Below are positions 24,030 to 35,514 of a stretch of 64,000 bases of DNA, in pieces. The notes beneath the pieces are model-generated. The model saw nothing but the letters and a program-made list of their open reading frames with translations, was not told where the DNA came from and did not search any database. Source of the stretch: Pristiophorus japonicus (lineage: Eukaryota); assembly GCF_044704955.1 (NCBI RefSeq), contig NC_091990.1:14446001-14510000 (forward strand). The letters are read 5' to 3'. Every line of letters begins with the position of its first letter. The stretch's first letter is position 1. A program made the translations under genes and the position numbers.

Positions 24030-25933
24030 AACAAAAATATAGCGCAAAATATAAAAACATATCGCAAGAGTTTCTATAGGTATATAAAAAGGAAAAGGGT
24101 GGCTAAAGTAAATGTTGGTCCCTTAGAGGACGAGACCACAGAATTAGTAATAGGGAACACGGAGATGGCAGAAACGCTGAACAAATATTTTGTATCAATC
24201 TTTATGGTAGAGGACACTAACAATATCCCAACCGTGGATAGTCGAGGGGCTATGGGCCCGGGGGCGGGGGGAGGGGGAGGTGGATGGAACTTAACACGAT
24301 CACAATCACTAAGGAGATGGTACTCAGTAAGATAATGGGACTAAAGGCAGATAAATCCCCTGGACCTGATGGCTTGCATCCTAAGATCTTAAGAGAAGTA
24401 GTGACAGGGATTGTGGATGCATTGGTTGTAATTTATCAAAATTCCCTGGACTCTGGGGAGGTCCCAGCAGATTGGAAAACTGCAAATGTAACATCCCTAT
24501 TTAAAAAAGGAGGCAGACAAAAAGCAGGAAACTATAGACCAGTTAGCCGAACATCTGTGGTTGGGAAAATGTTGGAGTCCATTAATGAAGAAGCAGTAGC
24601 AGGACATTTGGAAAAGCAAAATTCAGTCAGGGAGAGTCAGCATGGATTTATAAAGGGGAAGTCATGTTTGACAAATTTGCTGGAGTTCTTTGAAAATGTA
24701 ACGAGCAGGGTGGATAAACGGGAACCAGTGGATGTGGTGTATTTGGACTTCCAGGAGGCATTTGACAAGGTGCCACATAAAAGGTTACTGCACAAGATAA
24801 AAGTTCACGGGGTTGGGGGTAATATATTAGCATGGATAGAGGATTGGCTAACTAACAGAAAACAGAGAGTAGGGATAAATGGTTCATTCTCTGGTTGGCA
24901 ACCAGTAACTAGTGGGGTGCCGCAGGGATCAATGCTGGGACCCCAACTATTTACAATCTATATTAACGACTTGGAAGAAGGGACTGAGTGTAACATCGTC
25001 AAATTTGTTGACAATACAAAGATGGGAGGAAAAGCAACGTGTGAGGAAGACACAAAAAATCTGCCAAAGGACAGCCAGGCTAAGCGAGTGGGCAAAGATT
25101 TGGCAGATGGAGTATAATGTCAGAAAGTGAGGTCATGCACTTTGGCAGAAAAAAAAATCAAAAAGCAAGTTATTATTTAAATGGAGAAAGATTGCAAAGT
25201 GCCGCAGTGCAGCGGGACCTGGAAGTACTTGTGCATGAAAAGCAAAAGGATAGTATGCAGGTACAGCAAGTGATCAGGAAGGCCAATGGTATCTTGGCCT
25301 TTATTGCAAAGGGGATGGAGTATAAAAGCAGGGAAGTCTTGTTGCAGCTGTACAGGGTATTGGTGAGGCCACACCAGGAATACTGCGTGCAGTTTTGGTT
25401 TCCATATTTACAAAAGGATATACTTGCTTTGGAGGCAGTTCAGAGAAGGTTCACTAGGTTGATTCCGGGGATGAGGGGGTTGACTTATGAGGGAAGGTTA
25501 AGTAGGTAGGGCCTCTACTCATTGGAATTCAGCAGAATGAGAGGTGATCGTATCGAAACATATAAGATTATGAGGGGGCTTGACAAGGTGAATGCAGAGA
25601 GGATGTTTCCACTGATAGGGGAGACTAGAACTAGAGGGCATGATCTTAGAATAAGGGGCCGCCCATTTAAAACAGAGATGAGAAGAAATTTCTTTGAGGG
25701 TTGTAAATCTGTGGAATTCACTGCCTCAGAGAGCTGTGGAATCTGGGACATGGAATAAATTTAAGATAGAAAGAGACAGTTTCTTAAACGATAAGGGGAT
25801 AAGGGGTTATGGGGAGCAGGTGGGGAAATGGAGCTGAGTCCATGATCAAATCAGCCATGATCTTATTGAATGGTGGAGCAGGCTCGAGAGGCCTTATGGC
25901 CTACTCCTGTTCCTATTTCTTAAGTTCTTATGT
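24030..25933 (+). mobile_element. 5'-truncated CR1 LINE (frameshifted ORF2)
   Basis: KSPGPDGLHPKIL, NYRPVS, QHGFIKGKSCLTNL, GVPQGSMLGP; tail TTTCTTAAGTTCTTATG. Confidence 0.96.
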
Positions 25934-26097
25934 AAAAGCAGAAGATTGGTTGATTCAGACAGCAGGGAGTGAAGCATCAGTGAGTTATCATCAACTGACA
26001 GATTGTAAAGAGAAACTCATCTGCTTACAAAATGAAATTTTAACAGCATTTGGATTTTGTGCAAGAAGGTCCTGCAAAAAATACTTCATTCAGTTCA

Positions 26098-26423
26098 TGT
26101 TTGTATATATTCCATCGGCTATTCACTCTAACTTCATGTGCAGGGAGTTGGAATCTCATCATCTGTCCTCTTTTGGACTGGATACTCGAAATCTCTAAAA
26201 TGTCATTGTCTTTTTTTTTTAAAAAGAGTATAAGTCCATCCCTGTCTACTTTGATTCTGTCTCCTATGATTTGCAGATCTTTGTAAACCTTAATTAAAAA
26301 ATAGTTACCATAAGTTTATCAGCATCATAGTTTACAAGTGAGTTTTCATCAGAAGCAACAGATTTCAAGCTATGATCCTACCCCCCTGCTCAGAGTGAAA
26401 AGCCAATGGAATATATACAAACA
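26098..26423. repeat. 32-bp inverted repeat pair with a 262-bp spacer
   Basis: TGTTTGTATATATTCCATCGGCTATTCACTCT (26098-26129) vs AGAGTGAAAAGCCAATGGAATATATACAAACA (26392-26423), 2 mismatches. Confidence 0.85.
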
Positions 26424-26619
26424 CAAAAGGTATTAAATGCATTTTAGGATCTGAGGATACCCCAAAACTCTTCACACCCTATTACTTTTGAAGCGTGGGT
26501 ATTCTGTGCCGCATATTTCAGGCGCGAGTCCAATTTCTACGCCTTTGTCACCCTACTGTTTTCTCTAAGAAAAGCAAAGGTGGAAAAAATATCAAAAAGT
26601 GACTTGCTGATTGTCAATA

Positions 26620-27335
26620 AAACACGACAGCCAATTTGTGCACAGCATCGTCCCAGAAACAGCAATGTGATAAATGAGATGATCCGTTTCTTGTGATGTT
26701 GGCTGAGGGATAAATATTGGCCAGGATACCACAACTTCCCTGCTGTTCTTTGACTAGTGCCGTGGGATCTTTTATCTCCATCAGAGAGGGCAGGCAGAAC
26801 CTCTGTTTAATGATTCATCTGAAAATCAGCACCTGTGATAGTTAGAATTGCCAACCATCCAGGATTGTCCTGAAGTCTCCAGGAATTAATCTCCTGGACA
26901 GTGCTGCAAGCAACCTGGGAGAAAAATCATAGGGGTACTGTATTAAAAGTGTGGCTTTTTTTCATTTTCTATGAACACTTTTGTTAGTTGTAAAAATATT
27001 GGAGATGGAAAAAATGCTGTTTGAGTGTCAAGAATCATCTAGTTGGGTAAAGAAGAGTCTGTTTGGTTTCTAATTGGCTTAGGAAGACAGTGCATTGCAA
27101 GGATTGGACAAGTCAGATGACCAATGGTGGGAGCATGGGGTGGTTATAGATGAGAGGTCACATGATGAAATCTAGGTATATATCCAACCAGAGGTGGCAA
27201 CTCGACTGACAGTGTAGCTCTTCAGCAGTCTAATGGACTGTCACCTTAGATTACCTACTCCAGTCATGGAGTTCAGCCTGAACCAACAACCTTCTGACTC
27301 GGGCAAGAGTGCTACCACTGAGCCAAGGCTGACGC
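26620..27335 (-). mobile_element. Deu-domain SINE (SacSINE1-like) split by a hAT MITE
   Basis: Reverse of CCTGGCCAATATTTATCCCTCA..TTGCTGTTT..GTGCACAAATTGGCTG; tRNA-like head at 27270-27335. Confidence 0.8.
26843..27205 (+). mobile_element. hAT Blackjack-like MITE
   Basis: TAGAATTGCCAAC...GGTGGCAACTCGA; 8-bp TSD GTGATAGT/CTGACAGT (6/8). Confidence 0.85.
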
Positions 27336-28749
27336 CAATAATTTCTTGAACAGAAACTACCTGACTTGCAGAAAACAAGTTTCAAAATGCAGAGTTTTCC
27401 TTTCTAATCAGACAAGTCTTTGTTTTTAAAATCTTTCAGTTGACCAGTGTTGGCAGCATCCCGTCATTGGGTTTGCGAAAGAACAACTTTCTCGCCAATC
27501 TCAGTTTAGATCAGAATTGCTCGAGAGCAGAACAAAGGAAACCAGCACAATGCAGTAGCTTTGTTCTGTTTTTGAAGGATTGAGACGATTAGGCAGTTTG
27601 GTACCCAAATGGCACAGCCCACAATGCATCACAATGTATACAGATGATATAGGAGCATTTGTAGCCAAGTTATCCCAGTAATGAGACTACCACACCATAA
27701 CTGGAACCAAAAGAGCAATTGATAATAAGGATCCTACAGGAGTTCCAATTCAGTCCACATCTGGGATTTTTTCATGAAAGGGGACAGATAGGAGATGAAC
27801 AGCACTATGTGTTCATATTTCATTATGTTCCTGGGAGGAAAATTGCACAGAATGTTTCTCTGGCAACGTGAAGACAGACAATTCTCATCTCAGTGCTACA
27901 ACATGCACACCCAACAAGAACTGGACCAACAGGATTTCTCTCAGGCTGTTGCTATATAATTACCATTTTGCTCGGAGTATCTTAGCAACTCCACTAGAAT
28001 TGCAAACACTGTCTGATTTATTCACTTATTATTCAAATTCCATATTTCTGACATGCGCATCAAGCCCAAAAGCTCTTCAATCCCATAGAGGGTCTCTCCC
28101 TCCCTGGAGTCCCCCTGTGTGATAAGGTGCAGAGTCCTCTCTGTACATTTTTCTACATCAGCGTGTAGCTTTTCCGATAATGTCACGTTCAGATGACAAC
28201 TAACTCTTGGCTGGTATTCATTTGGTAAGATTTGTCCAGCGATTTGTCTACAGTTGTCAGAGCTAGCTCTTAAATGGAATTTCACTTGTCTTGACGCATC
28301 AAGATGAGTATGTTCCAGGAGCAGAGCAAGTCGGTGCAACAATACGTTTGAGTCAGAGGGTGGTAGGACTTGTAATGCATCAATCATGTTCATCAATGGG
28401 AGGAGCAGAGCACAGATCAGTCAATTTTCTATTGGGAGGGGTGAGATCAAGTTCTCCTAATGTCCCTTTTAAAATGGAGAAAGTGCCTCAAAAAGTATAT
28501 CTCTCTACCTGCTTCAATTCTCCAAATTCACCATCTACTGGATACAGTGTGGCAGCTGATTGCTTGTTCATGACTAATAAAAGCTAATTGTGTAATTTGC
28601 AAATCTGATCATATGCAAAATAGTCTTTGTCCAGGCCTGACAGGTTTAGCAAGATTTCACTGCATTTCAATTGAATTGTTTAATCAACTCTCGCTGATGA
28701 AATGTCAAATGTCACAGGCCCAATCACCATTCCATTAGAAAGAATTTTC

Positions 28750-29390
28750 ATTTATTCGACATCCGGTCAGATTTCAATACACTTCATATGCAATTAATTG
28801 CCTTGAAGTGGAATCACTGTGATGTGGGCAATCATGGCAGCCATTTTTTACATCACGAAGTTCCAAATGAGATGCATAACCAGTTAATCTGTTTTTGATG
28901 GTGTTGTTTGAGGGAAGAATGTTGTCCAGGGTACCACAAGAATCCCCTGCTCTTCTTCAAAGACTGACATTAACATTTGCCAGAACTCGGGTTGCCAACA
29001 CTCCAGGATTGTCCTAGAGTCTCCAGATTAATCTCCTAGACACCACAGCGAGCAACCCAGGAGAAAAATCTTAGTGGCATTAAAACAAGGTGTGTTTTTT
29101 TTTAAAACTTTCTTTGAACACTCTTGTTTATTAATTTCAGAAATATTGGTGTTGGGGGTGGGGAGACTGTTTGACTGGGCAGGACAGTTCAGAAGCAAGA
29201 GTCATGAAACCTCCAGGAATACATCCATCTAAAGGTGGCAACCCCAACCAGAACAGGTAGACATCTCAGGTTAACATCTCAACTGAAAGACAGCACTTGT
29301 GACAGTGCAGCACTCCCTCAGTACTATACTGCACCCCAACATCATGTGCAAGTTCTGGATTGATACTGCCAACTGAGCCTAGCTGACAGT
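28750..29390 (-). mobile_element. Old Deu-SINE split by a hAT MITE
   Basis: Degenerate Deu core at 28800-28960; GACAGTGCAGCACTCCCTCAGTACT at about 29300. Confidence 0.7.
28987..29246 (+). mobile_element. hAT Blackjack-like MITE
   Basis: TCGGGTTGCCAAC...GGTGGCAACCCCA; TSD GCCAGAAC/ACCAGAAC (7/8). Confidence 0.85.
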
Positions 29391-29437
29391 CAAGTTAGTT
29401 AGCACGGCAAATTTCAAAACATCAAATTGTTCTCCAA

Positions 29438-30382
29438 ATCATCATCACAGGCAGTCCCTCGGAATCGAGGAAGTCTTGCTTCCACTCTTAGCACGAGTTC
29501 TTAGGTGGCTGTACAGTCCAATACGAGAACCACAGTCTCTGTCACAAGTCGGACAGATAGTCATTGAGGAAAGGGTGGGCAGGGAGCCTGGTTTGCTGCA
29601 CGCTCCTTCCGCTGCCTGTGCTGGATTTCTGCATGCTCTCGGCGACGATACTCGAGGAGCTCAGCGCCCTCCCGAATGCACTTCCTTCACTTAGGGCGGT
29701 CTATGGCAAGGACTCCCAGGTGTCAGGGGGGATGTCGCACTTTATCAGGGAAGCTTTGAGGGTGCCCTTGTAATGATTCCTCTGCCCGCCTTTGGCTCGT
29801 TTGCCGTGGATGAGTTCCGAGTAGAGCGCTTGCTTTGCGAGTCTTGTGTCTGGCAATGCGGACTATGTGGCCTGCCCAGCGGAGCTGATCAAGTGTGGTC
29901 AGTGTTTCAATGCTGGGGATGTTGGCCTGGACGAGGACGCTAATGTTTGTGAGTCTGTCCCCCCAGGGGATTTGCAGGATCTTGCGGAGTCGTCGCTGGT
30001 GGTATTTCTCCAGCGACTTGAGGTGTCTACTGTACATGGTCCACATCTCTGAGCCATACAGGAGGGCGGATATTATTACGGCCTTGTCGACCATGAGCTT
30101 GGTGACAGTTTTGAGGGACTGATCTTCAAACACTCTTTTCCTCAGGCGGCCGAAGGCTGCACTGGCACGCTGGAGGCGGTGTTGGATCTCATCATCAATG
30201 CCTGCTCTTGTTGATAGGAGGCTCCCGAGATAGGGGAAGTGGTCCACGTTGTCCAGGGCCACGACGTGGATCTTGATGTTTTGGAGGGGGTAGTGCTGTG
30301 CGGCGAGGACAGGTTGGTGGAGGACCTTTGTCTTACTAATGTTTAGCTTAAGGCCCATGCTTTCATACGCCTCGGTAAATAC
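29438..30382 (-). mobile_element. RTE-clade (BovB-like) LINE 3' fragment
   Basis: GLKLNISKTKVL..VDHFPYLGS..DDEIQHRLQRASAAFGRL..ALLYGSEMWT..LRKILQIPW..QLRWAGHIVR; (GAT)n tail. Confidence 0.93.
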
Positions 30383-30392
30383 AGCAACACCA

Positions 30393-30905
30393 AAGGTGCA
30401 GCGTCGAGAATCCGGAAGCCTCGGGACCAAGGTCACTCCAGATTCTGTGTATTTCCGGACTTTGGAACGTCTTTCCGACATCCTGAATCCAGAAATGCCT
30501 GGGCCAAGCAGCGGATCGGCCCAGATGCCTCCAGCGTCAATGTTGAAGGCAGCAAAGCAGAACGCTCCAATACTTTAAAAGACACATCGAAACACAAAGT
30601 AAAGCAGACGGAGAACGGGAGCGTACTCACAATACCTAGGTAGGGAAGGGGTCGGGCAGCGGGGGGGTCAACCCAAGGCGGGGGCAAGGTTGGTGGTGAC
30701 GGCCCGAGGCGGGGGAGAGGTCGGCGGCAGCCCGAGGCGAGTAAGGGGTTGGCGGCGGGGGAAAGAGGTCAGCGGTGGCCCGAGGTGGGGGTCCAAATTC
30801 TGGAATATTTTCCAGATTCAGGACAACCCCTCCACGGATTATCCTGGTGTCCGGATTTCGGAACAGTACGGATTCCGGAACTCCGGATTCTTGACGCTGT
30901 ACCTG
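30393..30905. mobile_element. Tc1/mariner (Tigger/pogo-like) MITE
   Basis: About 23-bp TIRs AGGTGCAGCGTCGAGAATCCGGA / TCCGGATTCTTGACGCTGTACCT; TA on the right flank, CA on the left. Confidence 0.8.
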
Positions 30906-31267
30906 TATAGTCCAAGGTTATAACAAAGCTCACTTTAGGTTTTACTTCAACTGGATTTCAGCAATAAGTTCCCCCATGAAATCTGGCCTGAATTATCACC
31001 TTGCTGAGCCCGCGTGAGATAGCTGGCCTGTGAATTTCTGATCTGTTCATTCATGACCTGCTGTGCGTAAATGCCACTTCACTCATATTCTCTCCCAGCT
31101 GCTGTCTCCTCACAGCAGAAGTGCTGAAATGCTCAACGCCTGTGCCTTTTCCAATCTTTGTTGCTTTATGTTTTATTTTTGATTTCTTCGCTGCCTCATC
31201 TTTTGCCTGTCAGAAACATGACCACACAAACCTTTGAGTCTTGTGCCAGGGAGCTTTTCTGCCTAAA

Positions 31268-31613
31268 CAGTAGTACTGAGGGAGTGCTGAACAGTGGGAA
31301 ATGCCATCTTTCAGATCAGTAGTTAAACCAAGGCACCGTCTGCCCTCTCAAGTGGATGCAAAAGGTCCCATGGCACTATTCGAAGAAGAACGAGGGAATT
31401 CTACCTGGTGTTCTGACCAATATTTATCCCTCAACCAACATTATTAGAACAAATTATCTGGTCATTATCAGATTGCCGTTTGTGGGATCTTGCTGTGCAC
31501 CAATTGGCTGCTGCGTTTCCTACATTACAACAGTGACTACATTTCAAAAGGTACTTAGTTGGCTGTAAAGCATTTTGCAATGTCCTGAAGTTGTAAAAGA
31601 TGCTATATAAATC
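31268..31613 (+). mobile_element. Deu-domain SINE whose tail resumes at 33114 after the LTR insertion
   Basis: AGTACTGAGGGAGTGCTG...GACCAATATTTATCCCTCAACCAACA...GTGGGATCTTGCTGTGC...GCTATATAAAT. Confidence 0.88.
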
Positions 31614-31852
31614 GGCAATGTATTTGCTTCATGGGTTCTTTGCTCAAGAATTCAGAGCAACTCATTGCTATTAAGAACTAATTGGTTTATTTGCAAAGGT
31701 TAAACAATCACACTACACATTACCAGTTCATCCACCAGGCTCTCAACCACCTGCCTTATCGTGGATCCCCTGAACCCAACTGGCTGAGGTTTTATTGAGT
31801 CTTGTGAACATCACGTGACTGGTTAAGCCACTCACAACTCAACAGTTCTACA

Positions 31853-32180
31853 ACTATTTTAGTTGCACCTGTAAAACAATAAATTAAATCAAGTGCCCCC
31901 TGATTAAAAGGTGGGGGCACTAAGAACCGACAAACTTAAACAAATTAAACTTTAGACATTACGTGGTTCAAATTAAATTTGGTTACCGGGGGTGATGAGG
32001 CACTCCAGTCCCTCCGGCGCCCACCTCTCACGGAAGGCCACGAGTGTACCGGTGGACACCGCGTGCTCCATCTCCAGGGACACCCTGGCTCGGACGTAAC
32101 CATGGAAGAGAGTCAGGCAATCGGGCTGAACGACCCCCCCACCCCCTGACCGCCCGCTGCCTGGACCGGTTGATGGCCAC
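31853..32180 (-). mobile_element. Tx1-clade LINE 3' fragment, copy 1 (short 3' UTR)
   Basis: VAINRSRQRA..VQPDCLTLFHGYVRARVSLEMEHAVSTGTLVAFRERWAPEG resembles the Tx1 ORF2 C-terminus; flanked by 15-bp direct repeats. Confidence 0.8.
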
Positions 32181-32195
32181 CTCAACAGCTCTACA

Positions 32196-32628
32196 ACTCT
32201 TTCGGTTGGAAGCAAAGTTAGAGAGTTAAATCAAGTGCCCCCTAACTGGGGGACACGCCAAACACTTTTTAAGGCCCTTTTTTTTTGTTTGTTTTTTTTG
32301 TGGGGTTGTGTGTGTTTTTTTGGGCACTAAAACACAAATATATACAAGTGCCCTCTATAAAAGGGAAGGGGGACACTAAAACCAGACAATAAAACAAATT
32401 AAACTTTAAAACAAGTAAAATCAAATTAAAATTTGGTTGCCGCGGGTGATGATGCACTCCAGTCCCTCCGGCACCCACCTCTCACGGAAGGCTGCGAGCG
32501 TACCGGTGGACACCACGTGCTCCATCTCCAGGGACACCCTGGCTCGGATGTAAGCACGGAAGAGAGTCAGGCAATCGGCTGAATGATCCCCCCTCGACCG
32601 CCCGCTGCCTGGACCGGTTGATGGCCAC
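32196..32628 (-). mobile_element. Tx1-clade LINE 3' fragment, copy 2 (long 3' UTR)
   Basis: DCLTLFRAYIRARVSLEMEHVVSTGTLAAFRERWVPEGLECIITRGNQILI*; flanked by CTCAACAGCTCTACA. Confidence 0.8.
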
Positions 32629-32643
32629 CTCAACAGCTCTACA

Positions 32644-33058
32644 CTCTTTTGTAGAAAACATAAACAATTAAATCAAGTGCCCCCCCAATCTGGGGGACAC
32701 TCCAACACTTATCAAGGCCCTTTTTTTTGTTGTTTTGTTTGTTTTTTTTGTTGGGCACGAAAACATACATTATACAAGTGCCCCCTATAAAAGGGGAGGG
32801 GGACACTAAAACCGGCAATAAAACAAATTAAACTTTAAAACATATAAAATCAAATTAAAATTTGGTTGCCGGGGGTGATGATGCACTCCAGTCCCTCCGG
32901 CGGTCAGCTCTCGCAGAAGGCCGTGAGCGTACCGGTGGACACCGCATGCTCCATCTCCAAGGACACCCTGGCTCGGATGTAAGCGCGGAAGAGAGTCAGA
33001 CAATCGGGCTGAACGATCCCCCCTCAACTGCCCGCTGCCTGGACCGGTTGAAGGCCGC
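32644..33058 (-). mobile_element. Tx1-clade LINE 3' fragment, copy 3 (long 3' UTR)
   Basis: Homologous to copies 1 and 2, same 5' breakpoint; flanked by CTCAACAGCTCTACA. Confidence 0.8.
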
Positions 33059-34852
33059 CTCAACAGCTCTACAAACCTGTGCGCATACTCACAGGTGCAT
33101 ACATTACAAAATCCAAGTGTTTCTTTTAGTTATTTCGAGGGTGGGCAAGTTAGCTGCTCCAAGCAATCGATGTCCCTCTAACTGATCAGTGCAGGATCAG
33201 CTGACATTGTCAAACCCGCTTGAATTTTCCTCTATACCTGACGGAAATCGATTTGGACTCCACTAATCGCCGTCAACGATCCAACTGGGGTGTCAAACTC
33301 ACTGCTGGAAAACCATGCATGCAAAGCCAATCTATCCATTGCACTGGGCATCAGTAAAGCAACATGCACCAGAATGGCAGGATGTTACACAGTATCGTAG
33401 GGTTACCTGGGAGTGATAACTAGACAATGACCTATCCAAGTAGGCGGAGATGGTATATGCAATCATGCATATCTGGGAGTGGCTGATTTTTATAAAACTG
33501 TATACATGTGAAAACATTTTCAGACATTGTGAAGTAAATTTGAATAAGGACAGTGTATGAGCAATGTTTCTTACATTCAGCAAATAAGGTGATTCAGAAA
33601 TATTCCTTCAAAATGCACATCATTTTCATAATTGCTTGTGTACAGAATACAAATCACTAAGATTACACTACCTTTAATCAAACTACACATAACTGGAATC
33701 AGATTCTTTTCAAATGGAGCAGAGTTGACTTGCACAATTTGGCATTTGACAAACATCATTCTGTACTTTGGTAGGTACAAGAGCTTGGAAGACGATAAAG
33801 CACTACACCATGAATATTTTATGTTTATTCTCTTCCCTTGTCCTCTTAACTTTTTTTAAACCTACCTTCTTAAGCCTACAGGATGGGTTTCTAAAAACAC
33901 AAAAATTTCCATTCCCAAATCACTACTTCATAATTTACCTCAACTTCTCTCATGTTCTTCTCAATATTTGTGCTATTCTGCACTGTGATCTTTAATATTT
34001 TTTTGAAGAAATTTCTGTCCTAATCCACAACATGTCAAAATCACCAATAGTGAAAGCACCAGTGGGCAATCTTGCTGTCTTCTACAAAGGTCCTGGAGAT
34101 CTCACCAGCCTGGGTAGAAGAGACCCCATGTCCTACTGTTTCACAGTACACTACGTCGTTACTCTAAACAATCTGGGCAGGTGGTCATTTTTGTTGCTGT
34201 TGAAAGCTGGATTCTGTGGTGTGAGTGCTTGTCAATTGAAATAAAAACTCAGCAAAATAATCCAGTGAAATGTTTCAAATGTACCAGTCAAGTAATAAAG
34301 AACAGCAAGACTCCGGCAGCTTTCCAACAGCTGCATTACATGAGCAGTGGGGTTCGTGCACCTGCTGTTAGTTTGGTTAGAAGTTAAACAATTTGAAAAA
34401 GAAGGAACTGTGTTAATCTGACCAATAATAATCAAGAAACAACTCAACGCAACTTCACACATCATTTGGTGTATTTTGAGTGTATAGAATTGTTGCAGTT
34501 TCAGTTGCAGCAAGTCCACTTCCTTTACTGACCAGTACCTAGCAAATTGCAGTGACACAATAAAAGATCAAATGGTTTATAACCATAAGGTTATTGCAAG
34601 GACAAAAAATATTTTTTTTTCAAACCATTGGCAGCCATGCCTTCAACCATCTAGGCGCCGTGCTCTGGAATTCACTTCCTGAACCTCTCCACCGCTAAGT
34701 CCCTCCTTAAAATCCACTTCTTTGAAAGTTACATTTATATAGCACTTTTAACATGGTAAAATGTCCCAAGGCACTTCACCAGAGCATAAATCAGACAAAA
34801 ATGGATACCAAGCCACAGAAGGAGACATTAGGACAAGTGACCAAAAGTCTTA

Positions 34853-34896
34853 AAGGAAGGAAGGAAGGAAGGAAGGGGGGGGGGGGGAGGGAGGGG

Positions 34897-34942
<46 letters not shown>
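34853..34942 (+). repeat. Compound microsatellite (GGAA)n, G-run, (GA)n next to an L2 tail
   Basis: Read directly. Confidence 0.95.
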
Positions 34943-34946
<4 letters not shown>

Positions 34947-35029
34947 TTATAGAGTCTTCTTAAGGACAAATCAGGATGGGCAATAAATGCTGGCCTTGCC
35001 AGCGACGCCCACATCACGGGAAAAAAAAG

Positions 35030-35325
35030 CGATTTTCACGACCACCGGATGTCTCAAAGTGCTTTATAGCCAATGAAGTATTCTTGAAATGCAGTCACTG
35101 TTGTAATGTGGGAAATGCCAAAGCCAATTTGCACACAGCAAGCTCCCACAAATAGCAATGTGATAATGACCAGATAATCTGTTTTTGTTATGTTGATTGA
35201 GGGATAAATAGTGGCCAGGACACCAGGGATAACTCCCCTGCTCCTCTTCAAAAGAGTGCCTCGGGATCTTTTACACCCACCTGAGAGAGTAGCCTCAGTT
35301 TAACGTCTCATCGGAAAAACGGCAC
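35030..35325 (-). mobile_element. Deu-domain SINE fragment
   Basis: Reverse complement of 31300-31600. Confidence 0.85.
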
Positions 35326-35514
35326 TGGTGTGCAACGGCCAACACACGTTAAAAAAATCCACACACAGGCATCTTCTATCCTTGAGGATGTCGTTCAGGA
35401 CTTGGAATATTAGGTCCTTCATTGAAACATCTGTGAACTCATCCTTTTTTGGTGTGGGAGCAAGTCATTCTCGTTTTGAGGGACTGCCTACAACGATGAT
35501 GATGATGATGACGA
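35326..35514 (+). mobile_element. Bipartite RTE-derived retroposon, 5'-truncated
   Basis: ATGTCGTTCAGGACTTGGAATATTAGGTCC (MSFRTWNIRS), then the RTE tail and (GAT)n. Confidence 0.8.

Larger units (their letters stand above)
31614..33108 (-). mobile_element. Solo LTR (about 274 bp when empty, probably Gypsy) carrying three Tx1 inserts
   Basis: 5-bp TSD AAATC at 31609-31613 and 33109-33113; inverted ends GGCAATGTAT / ATACATTACA (8/10); minus-strand AATAAA at about 31687 and 31791. Confidence 0.8.

Noticed and set aside
31838-33073. CRISPR-like repeat-spacer array (15-bp repeats)
   Set aside because: The spacers are 328-433 bp homologous Tx1 fragments; the repeats are better explained as target-site duplications
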